DNA of 22,098 nt from an uncultured Nitrososphaerota archaeon (GCA_964518475.1 CAZFGR010000026.1:1-22098); one strand, 5' to 3'; numbered from the stretch's first letter, positions 8,274-17,654 are shown. Translations and numbers: made by a program. The notes: a model not told the origin generated them from the letters alone.

Positions 8274-8376
8274 TGCTCCATTTCAAATTTATCTCTTTTC
8301 TTGGCCTATTATAAGCTGGCTAAAGAAACTACTGAGTCGAGGAAGTGGAGTCAAAAGATAAATTTGAAAGACAGCC
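8274..8376. mobile_element. Putative MITE related to the IS5-like element at the window start
   Basis: 14-bp perfect inverted repeat TTTCAAATTTATCT (8281-8294) / AGATAAATTTGAAA (8356-8369), right end ...GACAGCC. 8281-8301 is identical (21/21) to the reverse complement of 510-530. Flanks GAAATACT/AAAATATT could be a decayed 8-bp target duplication. Confidence 0.7.
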
Positions 8377-8527
8377 AAAATATTGATGTTTATTATTTGT
8401 TGTGTTTTATTTGGCGAATGTTTTATATAGTTTTTGTCTCGGTTTACTTCACGATATAGGATAATTATTTCTATAATATTTGGGGGTTGCCTAAAAAACA
8501 ACAAAACTTTCATGCAGGGGAAGTATT

Positions 8528-10204
8528 ATGGCTTACGCACCGGGTACTGCACAAATTCCCGTTCTCGTTCTTAAAGAGGATGTTAGAAGAGAGCGTGGTA
8601 AAAGAGCACTCTATGCTAATATAAGCGCAGCCAGAGCAGTAGCTGAAATTGTTAGATCAACACTAGGGCCCCGCGGAATGAATAAGATGATCGTCGATAC
8701 ACTAGGTGACATCGTAATTACTAACGATGGAGCAACAATTCTAGACGAATTGGATGTTGCTCATCCAGCAGCAAAATTGATGGTACAAGCATCCAAGGCG
8801 CAAGATGATATTGCCGGTGACGGTACTACAAGCGCTGCAGTACTAGCGGGAGCACTACTTGCACAAGCAGAAAAGCTATTGGATCAAGGAATACATCCGA
8901 TAATAATTGTGAATGCTTATAAGAAAGCTTTAGAAAAGGCAAAGGAGCTCTTAGAAACTAAATTAACACGTACCATTGACATAAAGAAGGACGTTGAGCT
9001 CTTAAAGAGAGTAGCTATCAGTGCTCTAAACAGCAAATTACCACTAGAAGTAAGAGAATACTTCGCAGAATTGGCCTATGAGGCAGCGCGCTTAGCTTAC
9101 GATGAAGAAAGAAATTACCTAGATATGGATCTTATTAGCATCATTCAGAAAGAGGGTAAGTCTCTAACAGATAGTGAATGCGTAGCTGGAGTAGTTATCG
9201 ACAAACAAGTGGTTCATCCAGAGATGCCCAAGATAAAGAGAGAAGCGAGAATAGCTCTAATAAACCAAAACATAGAGGTAGAGAAAGCCGATGTTACATC
9301 AAATGTTACATTAAGAGGCATAGAGGCTCTAGAGACATTAAAGAAGAAGGAGAAAGCAGAAATTGAAAAAATGGTCAAGAAATTAGTTGACCTAAACATA
9401 GACGTGGTGTTCTGTCAGCGAGGAATTAGTGACTTAGCACAAGACATCATGGCTAAGCACGGTATAATGGCTGCTCGAAGAGTCAGAAGATCCGATATGC
9501 TCCTCCTAAGCAAGGCCACTGGTGCAAAGATTGTTAATAATATTGAAGATCTAACAGATGAAGACATAGGTTATGCTGGACTAGTTGAAGAGAAGAAAGT
9601 TGGAGAAGACAAAATGATTTATGTAACAGAGTGCAAGAATCCAAAAGCGGCTACAATTGTGATAAGAGGCGCTAGCAAACACATAACCGATGAAGCTGAA
9701 AGAGCAGTAAAGGACGCTATTCATGTCCTAAAGGACGTACTAGAGGACAAGAAAGTAAGCCCAGGAGCTGGAGCCACAGAAGTCGCCTTACACTTAATGC
9801 TAAAAGACTGGGCTGATAAAGATCCAAATCTAAGTGGTAAAGAGAAACTCGTCATAAAGGCGTATGCCGATGCTCTATTAGAAATTCCTAGAGCTCTTAT
9901 TGAGAACATGGGTGGGGACATCATAGAACTAGAGGCAGAATTACTAAGAAAGAATAGACTAGAAGGTGGAGAGACCGGCGCATGGGGCTTCGACGCGTCT
10001 ACAGGTAAAATTGTTAATGTATGGGAAGAAGGTCTAATAGATCCACAAAGAGTTAAGAAATATGTCCTAAGTACAGCCACAGAGGCCGCAATTACAATCT
10101 TAAGAATCGACGATGTTATAGCTTCTAAACCAAGGAAGGAGGAAAAGGAGAAGAAGAAAGGAGAAGAGGAAGAATTTGAATCGTCCTCACCATCTTTAGA
10201 TTAG
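8528..10204 (+). CDS. ths: Thermosome subunit (group II chaperonin)
   Basis: [45 protein letters not shown]; charged C-terminal tail without GGM repeats. Confidence 0.98.
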   Translation: MAYAPGTAQIPVLVLKEDVRRERGKRALYANISAARAVAEIVRSTLGPRGMNKMIVDTLGDIVITNDGATILDELDVAHPAAKLMVQASKAQDDIAGDGTTSAAVLAGALLAQAEKLLDQGIHPIIIVNAYKKALEKAKELLETKLTRTIDIKKDVELLKRVAISALNSKLPLEVREYFAELAYEAARLAYDEERNYLDMDLISIIQKEGKSLTDSECVAGVVIDKQVVHPEMPKIKREARIALINQNIEVEKADVTSNVTLRGIEALETLKKKEKAEIEKMVKKLVDLNIDVVFCQRGISDLAQDIMAKHGIMAARRVRRSDMLLLSKATGAKIVNNIEDLTDEDIGYAGLVEEKKVGEDKMIYVTECKNPKAATIVIRGASKHITDEAERAVKDAIHVLKDVLEDKKVSPGAGATEVALHLMLKDWADKDPNLSGKEKLVIKAYADALLEIPRALIENMGGDIIELEAELLRKNRLEGGETGAWGFDASTGKIVNVWEEGLIDPQRVKKYVLSTATEAAITILRIDDVIASKPRKEEKEKKKGEEEEFESSSPSLD

Positions 10205-10216
10205 GCTGTTGGAAAA

Positions 10217-10783
10217 CTACCCACTTCTAAATATTTTTAGTGTAGCTTCCGCTTTTAGGGCTTCTTCTACGAGATAATACGTAACATCTCCGAGTTCATC
10301 GATTATTGCTATTAGGAGTTTTAGGTTCTTTTCTTTACATTTTTCTATAGCATAAGCCAATTCCTCAAGTTTAATAGCTCTAAAAGACTCAGCTATAATT
10401 ACTGCAGCAAATGGTTGTGATTCAAATCTCGTAACGCCACGGGGGAAGACTTCAAAAGGTAGTAATTTATCATTGGTAGTGATGACTAAGAATCCGCGAG
10501 TGCGTAGATCCCTATATATTACGTAATACTGCCAAAGGTTCTCTATGACCTGAGAGAATATTTGGAAAGCTTCATCGTAGTTAATTTCTTTACTATCTTT
10601 ATAAAGGATAAGTCTACCGAAATCAAGTAGATATAAAGCCTCCACTGGTCGGAGTGCCAAGTATTCTCCTTCATCTTCACCGTAACCATTAGCTAGAAAA
10701 GCTCTCCAATAGGGGTTAGTTTTCTTATCAATAATTACTTTAGTTGAATCTATAAGTAAGCCCTTTAGTAGCATGTTTTTCAT
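10217..10783 (-). CDS. endA: tRNA splicing endonuclease subunit, probably structural (non-catalytic)
   Basis: L.L.PVEALYL...G.L, Y.IYRDLR.RGF.V, LIAIIDELGDVTYY. Catalytic KYG, His and Lys positions not retained. ATG 10783 with GGGGTG SD preferred. Confidence 0.85.
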   Translation of the reverse strand: MKNMLLKGLLIDSTKVIIDKKTNPYWRAFLANGYGEDEGEYLALRPVEALYLLDFGRLILYKDSKEINYDEAFQIFSQVIENLWQYYVIYRDLRTRGFLVITTNDKLLPFEVFPRGVTRFESQPFAAVIIAESFRAIKLEELAYAIEKCKEKNLKLLIAIIDELGDVTYYLVEEALKAEATLKIFRSG

Positions 10784-10907
10784 TTCAACACCCCGAAGAG
10801 AAGCACATAGAAATATAATACATTGCAATATCGACGTGTTATCTCTCTTTTATTAGAGTATTACCCTACCATTATTACTAAGTATATTCCTTGTGGAGAT
10901 GAGTGTT

Positions 10908-11201
10908 ATGGAAATCAAACATCTTCAGCAAAGATTGAGATATATCGCTAGAGGATTAACTGGTATTTCACAATTTCTGGAATCTTCCAATAAATTAGAT
11001 ACGTATGAATATTTCGTAAGCATTATCGAGTCAGCTAGATCCCTCGCAGCGGAAATACTACAAGAAGAGGATCCTGCTGAACTTCTAGCTGAAGCTTTTA
11101 TTCAAACAATAATAATCGCTAATATCTTAGGAATTGATCTTGAAGAAATGGTGAAAAAACTGTTAAGCACGGTGAGCCAACTTACAGCCGAGGGGAACTA
11201 A
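10908..11201 (+). CDS. MazG-like (all-alpha NTP pyrophosphatase fold) small protein, degenerate active site
   Basis: MEIKHLQ start and ELLAEAF....IANILGIDLEE.V.K end resemble archaeal single-domain MazG-like proteins. Start could be 10893, 10899 or 10908. Confidence 0.65.
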   Translation: MEIKHLQQRLRYIARGLTGISQFLESSNKLDTYEYFVSIIESARSLAAEILQEEDPAELLAEAFIQTIIIANILGIDLEEMVKKLLSTVSQLTAEGN

Positions 11202-11207
11202 ATATTT

Positions 11208-11261
11208 TCATGATGAGGAACCCAAGACTGAACTTCATGAAGAAAGCCGCCGCCTCTGATC
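11208..11261 (+). ncRNA. Box C/D 2'-O-methylation guide sRNA
   Basis: Box C ATGATGA 11210-11216; D' guide GGAACCCAAGA; D' CTGA 11228-11231; C' ATGAAGA 11237-11243; D guide AAGCCGCCGCCT; D CTGA 11256-11259. Canonical spacing, fully intergenic. Confidence 0.9.
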
Positions 11262-12293
11262 CTAACCAAAGAACATATCCAAAGATGCTTGTACGCCTGC
11301 TTTCTTTTCTCTCTCCAACCTTTTAAAGACATCTTCGAGCTCTTTTTCCACTCTTTCTCTAGAGAAATCATGTTCCTCTACTAAAAATTCTAGTATTTTC
11401 TCTCTGTCTGGCTCTCTAAATTCGATGCGATAATTATCAGTGACGGGTGGGTTAAGGAATATCGCCTTAATTTCTTCTGGAGAAGGCTCATATCGCCAGA
11501 CAATCTTTCTCTGTTTTATAAGATTTTCTAGGCTACCGTATTTTCTGATTAATTCTAAAGCTTTTTTAGGCCCTATACCTTCTATACCATCGGGATTATA
11601 ATCAGTGCCTATTAATATTGCTACGTCAACGAGCTGTTGGTGAGTTATTCCTAATTTCTCAAGTAATTCATTTAGCTCATATAGAATTGGTCTTTCCTTT
11701 TTCTGAAGAGTCATTTTAAGGTTTCTCACCACACGTGGAGAACCATAAAGAAAGGAATCATAATCCGGACTAGATACGGCGTAAGCTTCGCCTTTTTTCA
11801 CTAGATAAGCAGCTTGGGCTTCTCCATCATGAGGAGCGGTAATTATTGGAACCCCTAGAAGGGAAATTAGTGTTTTAGCGCTTGCTATCAATTCGTCAGT
11901 CACAATCATTGCTTGCTTAGCAAACTTTACTGCCTCGTCAATTCTTCCCGCCGAGAGGGCTTCCTCATACTTCTTCTGGGCAAGTTCCCTACGTTCTCTT
12001 CTCTCTTCTATTGTAGTCATTTTTAATGGGTGTGGAGGACCGTCAAAAACATAAACGGGTCTGATACCTAGAGCAAGCATCCGACACGTTCTATTAAAGA
12101 TACCAACTAAATGACTCGTTACCCGACCTTTAGAGTCTCTTAAATAGCCGCCTCGTGGATCTCTAATTGTGGCAAGCATCTCATATATCGTGGGTAATGC
12201 GTCAATAGCTATTACTTTGCCTTCAAAATGTGCTGGGTCTACTTCTCTCCCTATCTCTGCTTCTTTTATTAGAGGTCCTATTTTAACACCCAT
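11262..12293 (-). CDS. fen: Flap endonuclease 1
   Basis: MGV start, IAIDA, GRVTSHLVG, PVYVFDG, DGEAQAA, DYDSFLYG, GTDYNPDGIEGIGPK; C-terminal PIP box QASLDMFF. Confidence 0.98.
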   Translation of the reverse strand: MGVKIGPLIKEAEIGREVDPAHFEGKVIAIDALPTIYEMLATIRDPRGGYLRDSKGRVTSHLVGIFNRTCRMLALGIRPVYVFDGPPHPLKMTTIEERRERRELAQKKYEEALSAGRIDEAVKFAKQAMIVTDELIASAKTLISLLGVPIITAPHDGEAQAAYLVKKGEAYAVSSPDYDSFLYGSPRVVRNLKMTLQKKERPILYELNELLEKLGITHQQLVDVAILIGTDYNPDGIEGIGPKKALELIRKYGSLENLIKQRKIVWRYEPSPEEIKAIFLNPPVTDNYRIEFREPDREKILEFLVEEHDFSRERVEKELEDVFKRLEREKKAGVQASLDMFFG

Positions 12294-12392
12294 TTTATCA
12301 GCCTGTTTAACAAATGATATTCGGAACTTCGTATAGTTATCTAGTAAAATACTACTTGAAGAGTAAGGAAATTAAAAATATGCATGAAATTT

Positions 12393-13631
12393 TTACTCCC
12401 AGGGAAGTTTATGTATCTCAAGCTTCCGTAATTGAGACAATACGTATTCTCTAGTCTCATCAGGAGAAGGTACTTTCTGAATGATTTTGCCGTTCTCCAT
12501 GAATTTTATTAATAATGGTTCGGCGTCTGGATGCGGTGGCTCGGAATCGAATGGAGTTACTACATAGTATATCTTTCCGTTCTTCTCGTATCTCCAGACT
12601 TGCTTTAAACCATCAAATTTTCCACGCTTGGAAATAGGATACCATTTGTTATCCTTATTAATAGCTACTATATCCATGGCGTAGTCAATAAATGGCGCCC
12701 TAGCTATCGCTGATCCTATACCAAAACCATCAGCACCAGCTTCAAGCAATGTTGGTATGCTGTCCTCGTCTATGCCACCAGAGAGAAATATCTTAACCTT
12801 ATCATAACCTCGCATCCGTAATTTCCAACGCACTTCTCTCACAATGTCCGCGAAATTTCCTTTCCTACTACTTGGAGTATCTAAGCGTACCCCTGTTATT
12901 CTGTTTATGCCGATCGTCTCTACGGCCTTTAGAGACTCTTCCACTTCATCAGAGAAAGTATCAGTAAGCATTATTCTAGGTACTTCTGGAGGCATGTATT
13001 TATCATAAGCCTTCCAGCCCTCCGAGTGATCACCCTTGACGAACTTGTAAATTATAAGGAGACTATGGGGCATAGTTCCTACAGGAGCCTTTCCTAGAAG
13101 TTCTGCTCCCACTATACAGGATACAGCATTAAAGCCCCCTATGTACGAGTAGTAATCGCAGAACGGAGCTATTGCTGGATGCGTACGCCGAGCACCAAAA
13201 TTGACGATCAAAACATTATCTCCAGCTATTTTCCTTATCCTAGCAGCTTTTGTTGCAAAACCAGAACCAGCTGCTAAGAAACCTAATATCGGCGTTTCGT
13301 ATACAAGAAATTCTCCATAAGGACCCATTATTAAGAGTACTGGTAATTTAATTCCATTAAAGTCTCGTGGTGTAAAAATTGTCCCTTCTGGCAACGCATA
13401 AACATCAACACTCTTTTTTTCGAGGAGCTTTAGAACATCTCGTAATCCGCCGAAAACGATCCATTTGTAATTTTTGGGATAACCACTAACCGTGAATTCA
13501 GCACCAACATTCGTTCTATCTAATCCGTCGGACTTAAGGATCTTCTGTGTCCGAATAAAGTATATGTCAGTTAATTTTCCAGTGAGAATTTCATCGTGCG
13601 TAGCGAAAAGAAAAATACGATCTTTGGACAT
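12393..13631 (-). CDS. pncB: Nicotinate phosphoribosyltransferase
   Basis: TDIYF.RT, YETPILG, FGARR.HP, GTMPHS, DTF.DE, GVRLDTPSSR, SGGIDE, FGIG, KRGK. ATG 13631 preferred over 13661. Confidence 0.93.
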   Translation of the reverse strand: MSKDRIFLFATHDEILTGKLTDIYFIRTQKILKSDGLDRTNVGAEFTVSGYPKNYKWIVFGGLRDVLKLLEKKSVDVYALPEGTIFTPRDFNGIKLPVLLIMGPYGEFLVYETPILGFLAAGSGFATKAARIRKIAGDNVLIVNFGARRTHPAIAPFCDYYSYIGGFNAVSCIVGAELLGKAPVGTMPHSLLIIYKFVKGDHSEGWKAYDKYMPPEVPRIMLTDTFSDEVEESLKAVETIGINRITGVRLDTPSSRKGNFADIVREVRWKLRMRGYDKVKIFLSGGIDEDSIPTLLEAGADGFGIGSAIARAPFIDYAMDIVAINKDNKWYPISKRGKFDGLKQVWRYEKNGKIYYVVTPFDSEPPHPDAEPLLIKFMENGKIIQKVPSPDETREYVLSQLRKLEIHKLPWE

Positions 13632-13722
13632 TCCAAAAAACCCCCCGACTTTTAGATTCATGACGCGTATATAAGTACAGTCGTATTATTGAGAATTAAA
13701 TTTGTTAAGAATGAAGCAAAAT

Positions 13723-13750
13723 TTGCAACATAGATCTATACATGTGGCAA
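13723..13750. promoter_or_regulatory. Nested inverted repeats between the NADK-HTH gene and pncB (operator or terminator candidate)
   Basis: TTGCAACAT (13723-13731) / ATGTGGCAA (13742-13750), 8 of 9 paired, overlapping a perfect palindrome ATAGATCTAT (13730-13739). Confidence 0.35.
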
Positions 13751-13756
13751 TATCCT

Positions 13757-14779
13757 TTATCTCTTCAATTGTCCGCTAAGCCTGTATATTTTCTTTCTAG
13801 CATCCCTATTTAGCAAATCCTCTTTAACGAGTCCTTTGGATATTAACAAGGATAACGCGTACCGTACAGTTCTATCTGGAAGCATTGTTTTTTCTATTAA
13901 GTCTTTTTGCGTTAAGGGTCCTTCATATTCTAGTACTTTCAGAACAAATTTCGCGCTGGGCGGTAATGACATAATTTCCTCTCCAAGGCGCATCTTTTTC
14001 AAAATACGTTCATCGTAAATTTTTTTTTCTCTAGGCAATCGAATAAGCTTCAGAGGTTTTTCAGCCTTTTTTATTACGAGATAATCGCTTTCCAATGATT
14101 GCCTTACAATACCGTCAACGATTACTTCCACAGTGTACCTGCTATTTATCTCCTTTACTAAAATTTCTGAATTATCGGGAACGATAAGAGGTCTCCTAGA
14201 GGGATCAATCGAGTTAACAGAAACTATCTCTAAAACTCGGGCTCTCGGCGATACTATGGCCCCGCCTGCAGACATCGCGTATGCTGTGCTTCCCATTGGA
14301 GTAGCAATAATGACACCATCACAATGATCTCGCCAGACAAAGTTGTTATCGATGAATAAGGCGTACTCTATAAGAGAAGCACTCCTTTTAGGGAATATCG
14401 CTACTTCATTTATTGCAAAGGCGTTTATTTCTTCAGAATTTATATGAATCCGTGTTATATCTTCTATTAGAAAATCTCGATTAAGAATATGGTGAATAGC
14501 CCTTTCGAACATTTCTATAGAAATCTCCATTAAGAAGCTTGTTTCGCCGCTAATATTAACGCCCAATATTGGAATACTTAAGTCTCCAATCGTTTGGTGA
14601 ATCTGTAAGAGATCTCTGTCCCTACCTATAATCACAAGGTAAGTAGCTTTACTAAGTGCTGGGGGGGCTACCTCATTAAGGGCAAGGATCTCATAAGAAA
14701 TATCGAATTTCTGAAGAGCTCTTTGAATTAATGAAGCGATCTGTGATGATTTTGTAGCAAGTACTAAAGCAAGGTGCAT
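13757..14779 (-). CDS. NAD-kinase-fold protein fused to a C-terminal winged-helix (MarR/TrmB-like) domain
   Basis: PILGVN, AINE and DGVIIATPMGSTAYAMSAGG NADK motifs; GGDG replaced by GRDR. C-terminus LPPSAKFVLKVLEYEGPLTQKDLIEKTMLPDRTVRYALSLL...GLV...DARKKIY is a wHTH. Confidence 0.92.
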   Translation of the reverse strand: MHLALVLATKSSQIASLIQRALQKFDISYEILALNEVAPPALSKATYLVIIGRDRDLLQIHQTIGDLSIPILGVNISGETSFLMEISIEMFERAIHHILNRDFLIEDITRIHINSEEINAFAINEVAIFPKRSASLIEYALFIDNNFVWRDHCDGVIIATPMGSTAYAMSAGGAIVSPRARVLEIVSVNSIDPSRRPLIVPDNSEILVKEINSRYTVEVIVDGIVRQSLESDYLVIKKAEKPLKLIRLPREKKIYDERILKKMRLGEEIMSLPPSAKFVLKVLEYEGPLTQKDLIEKTMLPDRTVRYALSLLISKGLVKEDLLNRDARKKIYRLSGQLKR

Positions 14780-15056
14780 GCTGGATCATTCCCTATGAAT
14801 TAGAGAAGAGTAGATAAAAGTATCAAACAGGTTATATTAGAGCGTGATTGATGCCCACAGACCAAAGCTCTAAAAATTCTTGAAACTTTTAACCTTATTG
14901 GATTTTAATGTTAAGTTATTAAATTCAGTATTAGACTGTTTGTATGTTGATAAGGCTTAATGCAAATTATATTAGCATTAATATGGATGGATTAGTAATT
15001 AGATATTAAGAAATTGTAAGGGATTAGATAGCTTTTTATGGAGGATAAGATTAAAA

Positions 15057-16169
15057 TTGCAACGGACGATAAAGCTCATTAAAGAGCTAAAAATATCTAT
15101 ATGGGATGCTATATTTCTTGCCTTCTCGCTCTTTCTATACATTTATGCCTCATTTGCAAGGAAGGAACTTCTGAAGATAATAGCAGGGATATTACTGGGA
15201 GGCTGGTTAGTTTCTAGGCCGAGCGAATGGGTTGCCACAGGGGTCTCGAATATTGGTATTTACTTTGGTTTTTCAGATTATCTTATTGGAACCCTGAGCA
15301 GTCTAACAGCAATAATTGGCGAAATAGTAATCACTGCTTATACGGTGAGAATAGCTTTTTCAACGGGCAACATAGAGTTCCTCGAACTTGCGTTCCTTTC
15401 AGTTCTATATAGCATTGGCTATAATTTCTTAATCCTTGGCGCGGTAGTAGCTTTTCGTGGGGGCAAGTATATATCACTCACAGATGAAGTATTTTCGCGT
15501 GAATTAGAAATAATTGATTGGGCCATTATGGCGTCTTTACTTCTAGCTTTCATATGGGTACTTAACTATGGTGTATCTGGAAGAGATAAAATTATTTCTA
15601 TTCCCAATTACGCGGCTCTGCTCTTACCATTAGCATACATTATTTACACAGTAAGTGTTCATCGAATGCGAAAAGAAATAAGAGGTAGAATATTACCTGA
15701 GACAGAATTGTTCAAATCAGTGTTTTTCGTTACAATAGGTACTCTCTGTGCATTAATAGGGGGTGACATGATAGTAGAAGGTGCTTATTACTTTCTTACG
15801 AAAGGGCGTGATATTGTGGCATTATTGGGTCCACCTGTTGTGGTTACGGGACTCATTATTGGAGCTGCAAGCGCTTTGTATGATGCCTTCATAAACCTAG
15901 TATTTACCTCTAGAGGAAAAATAGTTACAAGTATTGGAAATCTAATAGGAAGTGCTGTACAATTGCTAATGTTATTAGTAGGTATTGTAGGTTTTTTGGT
16001 TCCGCTACCGTTGAATAATTATACAGCCTTTCAGTTGATAGCGATATCGCTCGTCTTCCTCTTCTTTCGGCAAGCTATTGTGGATGATCGTAGATTAGAA
16101 CCTTACGAAGGCGCTATGCTCTTCATTTTGCAGTTATTTATCTTCATAATTCCCCTGGAGGTATTCTAA
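15057..16169 (+). CDS. Ca2+/cation antiporter (CaCA superfamily, CAX/ChaA-like), divergent
   Basis: About 10-11 hydrophobic helices in two repeats; S..IG.L..L....E and SIGYNFLILG in repeat 1; IGNLIGSAVQL and LEPYEGAML in repeat 2. Confidence 0.8.
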   Translation: MQRTIKLIKELKISIWDAIFLAFSLFLYIYASFARKELLKIIAGILLGGWLVSRPSEWVATGVSNIGIYFGFSDYLIGTLSSLTAIIGEIVITAYTVRIAFSTGNIEFLELAFLSVLYSIGYNFLILGAVVAFRGGKYISLTDEVFSRELEIIDWAIMASLLLAFIWVLNYGVSGRDKIISIPNYAALLLPLAYIIYTVSVHRMRKEIRGRILPETELFKSVFFVTIGTLCALIGGDMIVEGAYYFLTKGRDIVALLGPPVVVTGLIIGAASALYDAFINLVFTSRGKIVTSIGNLIGSAVQLLMLLVGIVGFLVPLPLNNYTAFQLIAISLVFLFFRQAIVDDRRLEPYEGAMLFILQLFIFIIPLEVF

Positions 16170-17542
16170 TGCTTAGTTTCTCCCTCTAATTTCTCCTTTA
16201 CTTTTTTGATTAATCGCATTACTCTTTTTTTAGCAACATTTAAGTATCTATTAGGATTGAATATCTCTTCTATCTCTTTCTCGCTTAAGTACTTTCTTAT
16301 GATTTCGTTCTTCAAGAGAACTTCTTTAAAATCTTTTTGTTCCCTAATGGTCTTCATAGACAATTGTCTAATTAATTCATGTGCTCTTTGACGCCCAAGA
16401 CCTTTTTTTGTAAGAGCTATCATTACTGCTTCTGAGAAAATTAATCCCTTGGTCAACCAGATATTAGCTGTCACACGCTCAACACGAACCCTTAATCCTT
16501 CTATAACTCTTATTGCACGAGTTAATTGTTCATCAGTTAGCATAAAAATTTCGGGAAGAAGAATTCTTTCTACCGAACTATTAGTTAAGTCTCTTTCATG
16601 CCATAGTACAATATTCTCAAAAGCAGCTAAGGCTAGGCTTCGAACGATTCTTGCTAGTCCTGATATATTCTCGCAGAGAATAGGGTTTCTCTTATGAGGC
16701 ATAGTAGATGAACCGACTTGATGAGCTTCTTCGAATGGTTCTTCAAATTCTCCTATCTCTGTTCTCTGGAGATTCCTTACTTCAGTAGCAAGTCTATCAA
16801 GGCTTGATGATAAAATAGCGAACCATGCGATTAGCTCGGCTAATCTATCCCGAGGCACTATCTGGGTGGAGATTTCTGAGACTTGGAGACCAAGTTCCTC
16901 TAGAGCCAATTTCTCCACTTTTTCTCCATCTTCACCCAATGCAGTATGGATTCCTACAGCACCTGAAAGTTTTCCTACTAATACACGCTTTTTGATTTCA
17001 TTAAGTCTCTCTAAGTGTCTTAAAAACTCGTCAGCGAAAACGGCAAATTTATGTCCTAATAAGTATATATTAGCGTGAACACCATGGGTTCTCCCGACAC
17101 ATGGCGTATCGATATATTCTCGTGCCCTCTCAGTGATAGCAAGAATCAGTTTTCGAAGTTTCTCTTCAATGATATTCAAGCCTTCGCGGATTAATAATGC
17201 CATAGCAGTGTCCTTTACATCGGAGCTGGTTAGACCAAAGTGAACATATTCTCCCCACTCTCCACTTTTCTCAGCTATTGCTTTCACCACAGCCATAATA
17301 TCGTGCTTAAGAAGCTTTTCCCATCGCTTAACATCTTCAAAAGTAACTTTTTGCACTGTTTCTTCTATTGCTTCAGCAGCTTCTCGGGGAATAAGACCTA
17401 TTTTTGCTTGAGCCTCGGCCACCTTAGCTTCTATTAGACCATATATCTTAACAATATTAGCTGGCGAGAAGAGCTTTCGTAACCTTTCATCGCCATATCT
17501 CCAATCAATAGGATGCGCAACTTTCTCATAGAAACTCGACAT
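16166..17542 (-). CDS. purB: Adenylosuccinate lyase
   Basis: HPID.RYG, HDIMA, VHFGLTSSD, GRTHG.HA, GSSTMPHKRNP, WHERDLTNSS.ER. Confidence 0.98.
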   Translation of the reverse strand: MSSFYEKVAHPIDWRYGDERLRKLFSPANIVKIYGLIEAKVAEAQAKIGLIPREAAEAIEETVQKVTFEDVKRWEKLLKHDIMAVVKAIAEKSGEWGEYVHFGLTSSDVKDTAMALLIREGLNIIEEKLRKLILAITERAREYIDTPCVGRTHGVHANIYLLGHKFAVFADEFLRHLERLNEIKKRVLVGKLSGAVGIHTALGEDGEKVEKLALEELGLQVSEISTQIVPRDRLAELIAWFAILSSSLDRLATEVRNLQRTEIGEFEEPFEEAHQVGSSTMPHKRNPILCENISGLARIVRSLALAAFENIVLWHERDLTNSSVERILLPEIFMLTDEQLTRAIRVIEGLRVRVERVTANIWLTKGLIFSEAVMIALTKKGLGRQRAHELIRQLSMKTIREQKDFKEVLLKNEIIRKYLSEKEIEEIFNPNRYLNVAKKRVMRLIKKVKEKLEGETKH

Positions 17543-17654
17543 TTCGCATCACATTTTTTAATCTGGATATTAGTCACGTATTTTCCTCCTTTATAATTTT
17601 CATGATTGAGGAAGTTCTTTGAATGATTAATTTTTCACTATGGGGTTTTAATTG

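Noticed and set aside
510-8370. AGATAAATTTGAAA(C/G) copies as CRISPR repeats (they end like archaeal ...TTGAAAC/G repeats)
   Set aside because: Only three copies, two of them inverted and one 8 kb away; no regular repeat-spacer array and no cas genes. IS/MITE ends explain them better.
8289-8513. 74-aa minus-strand ORF
   Set aside because: Runs through the MITE and the thermosome promoter region; AT-rich with no recognisable motifs.
14837-14873. TTAGAGC/GCTCTAA inverted repeat upstream of the NADK-wHTH gene
   Set aside because: Only 7 bp with a long spacer in AT-rich DNA; not distinguishable from chance.
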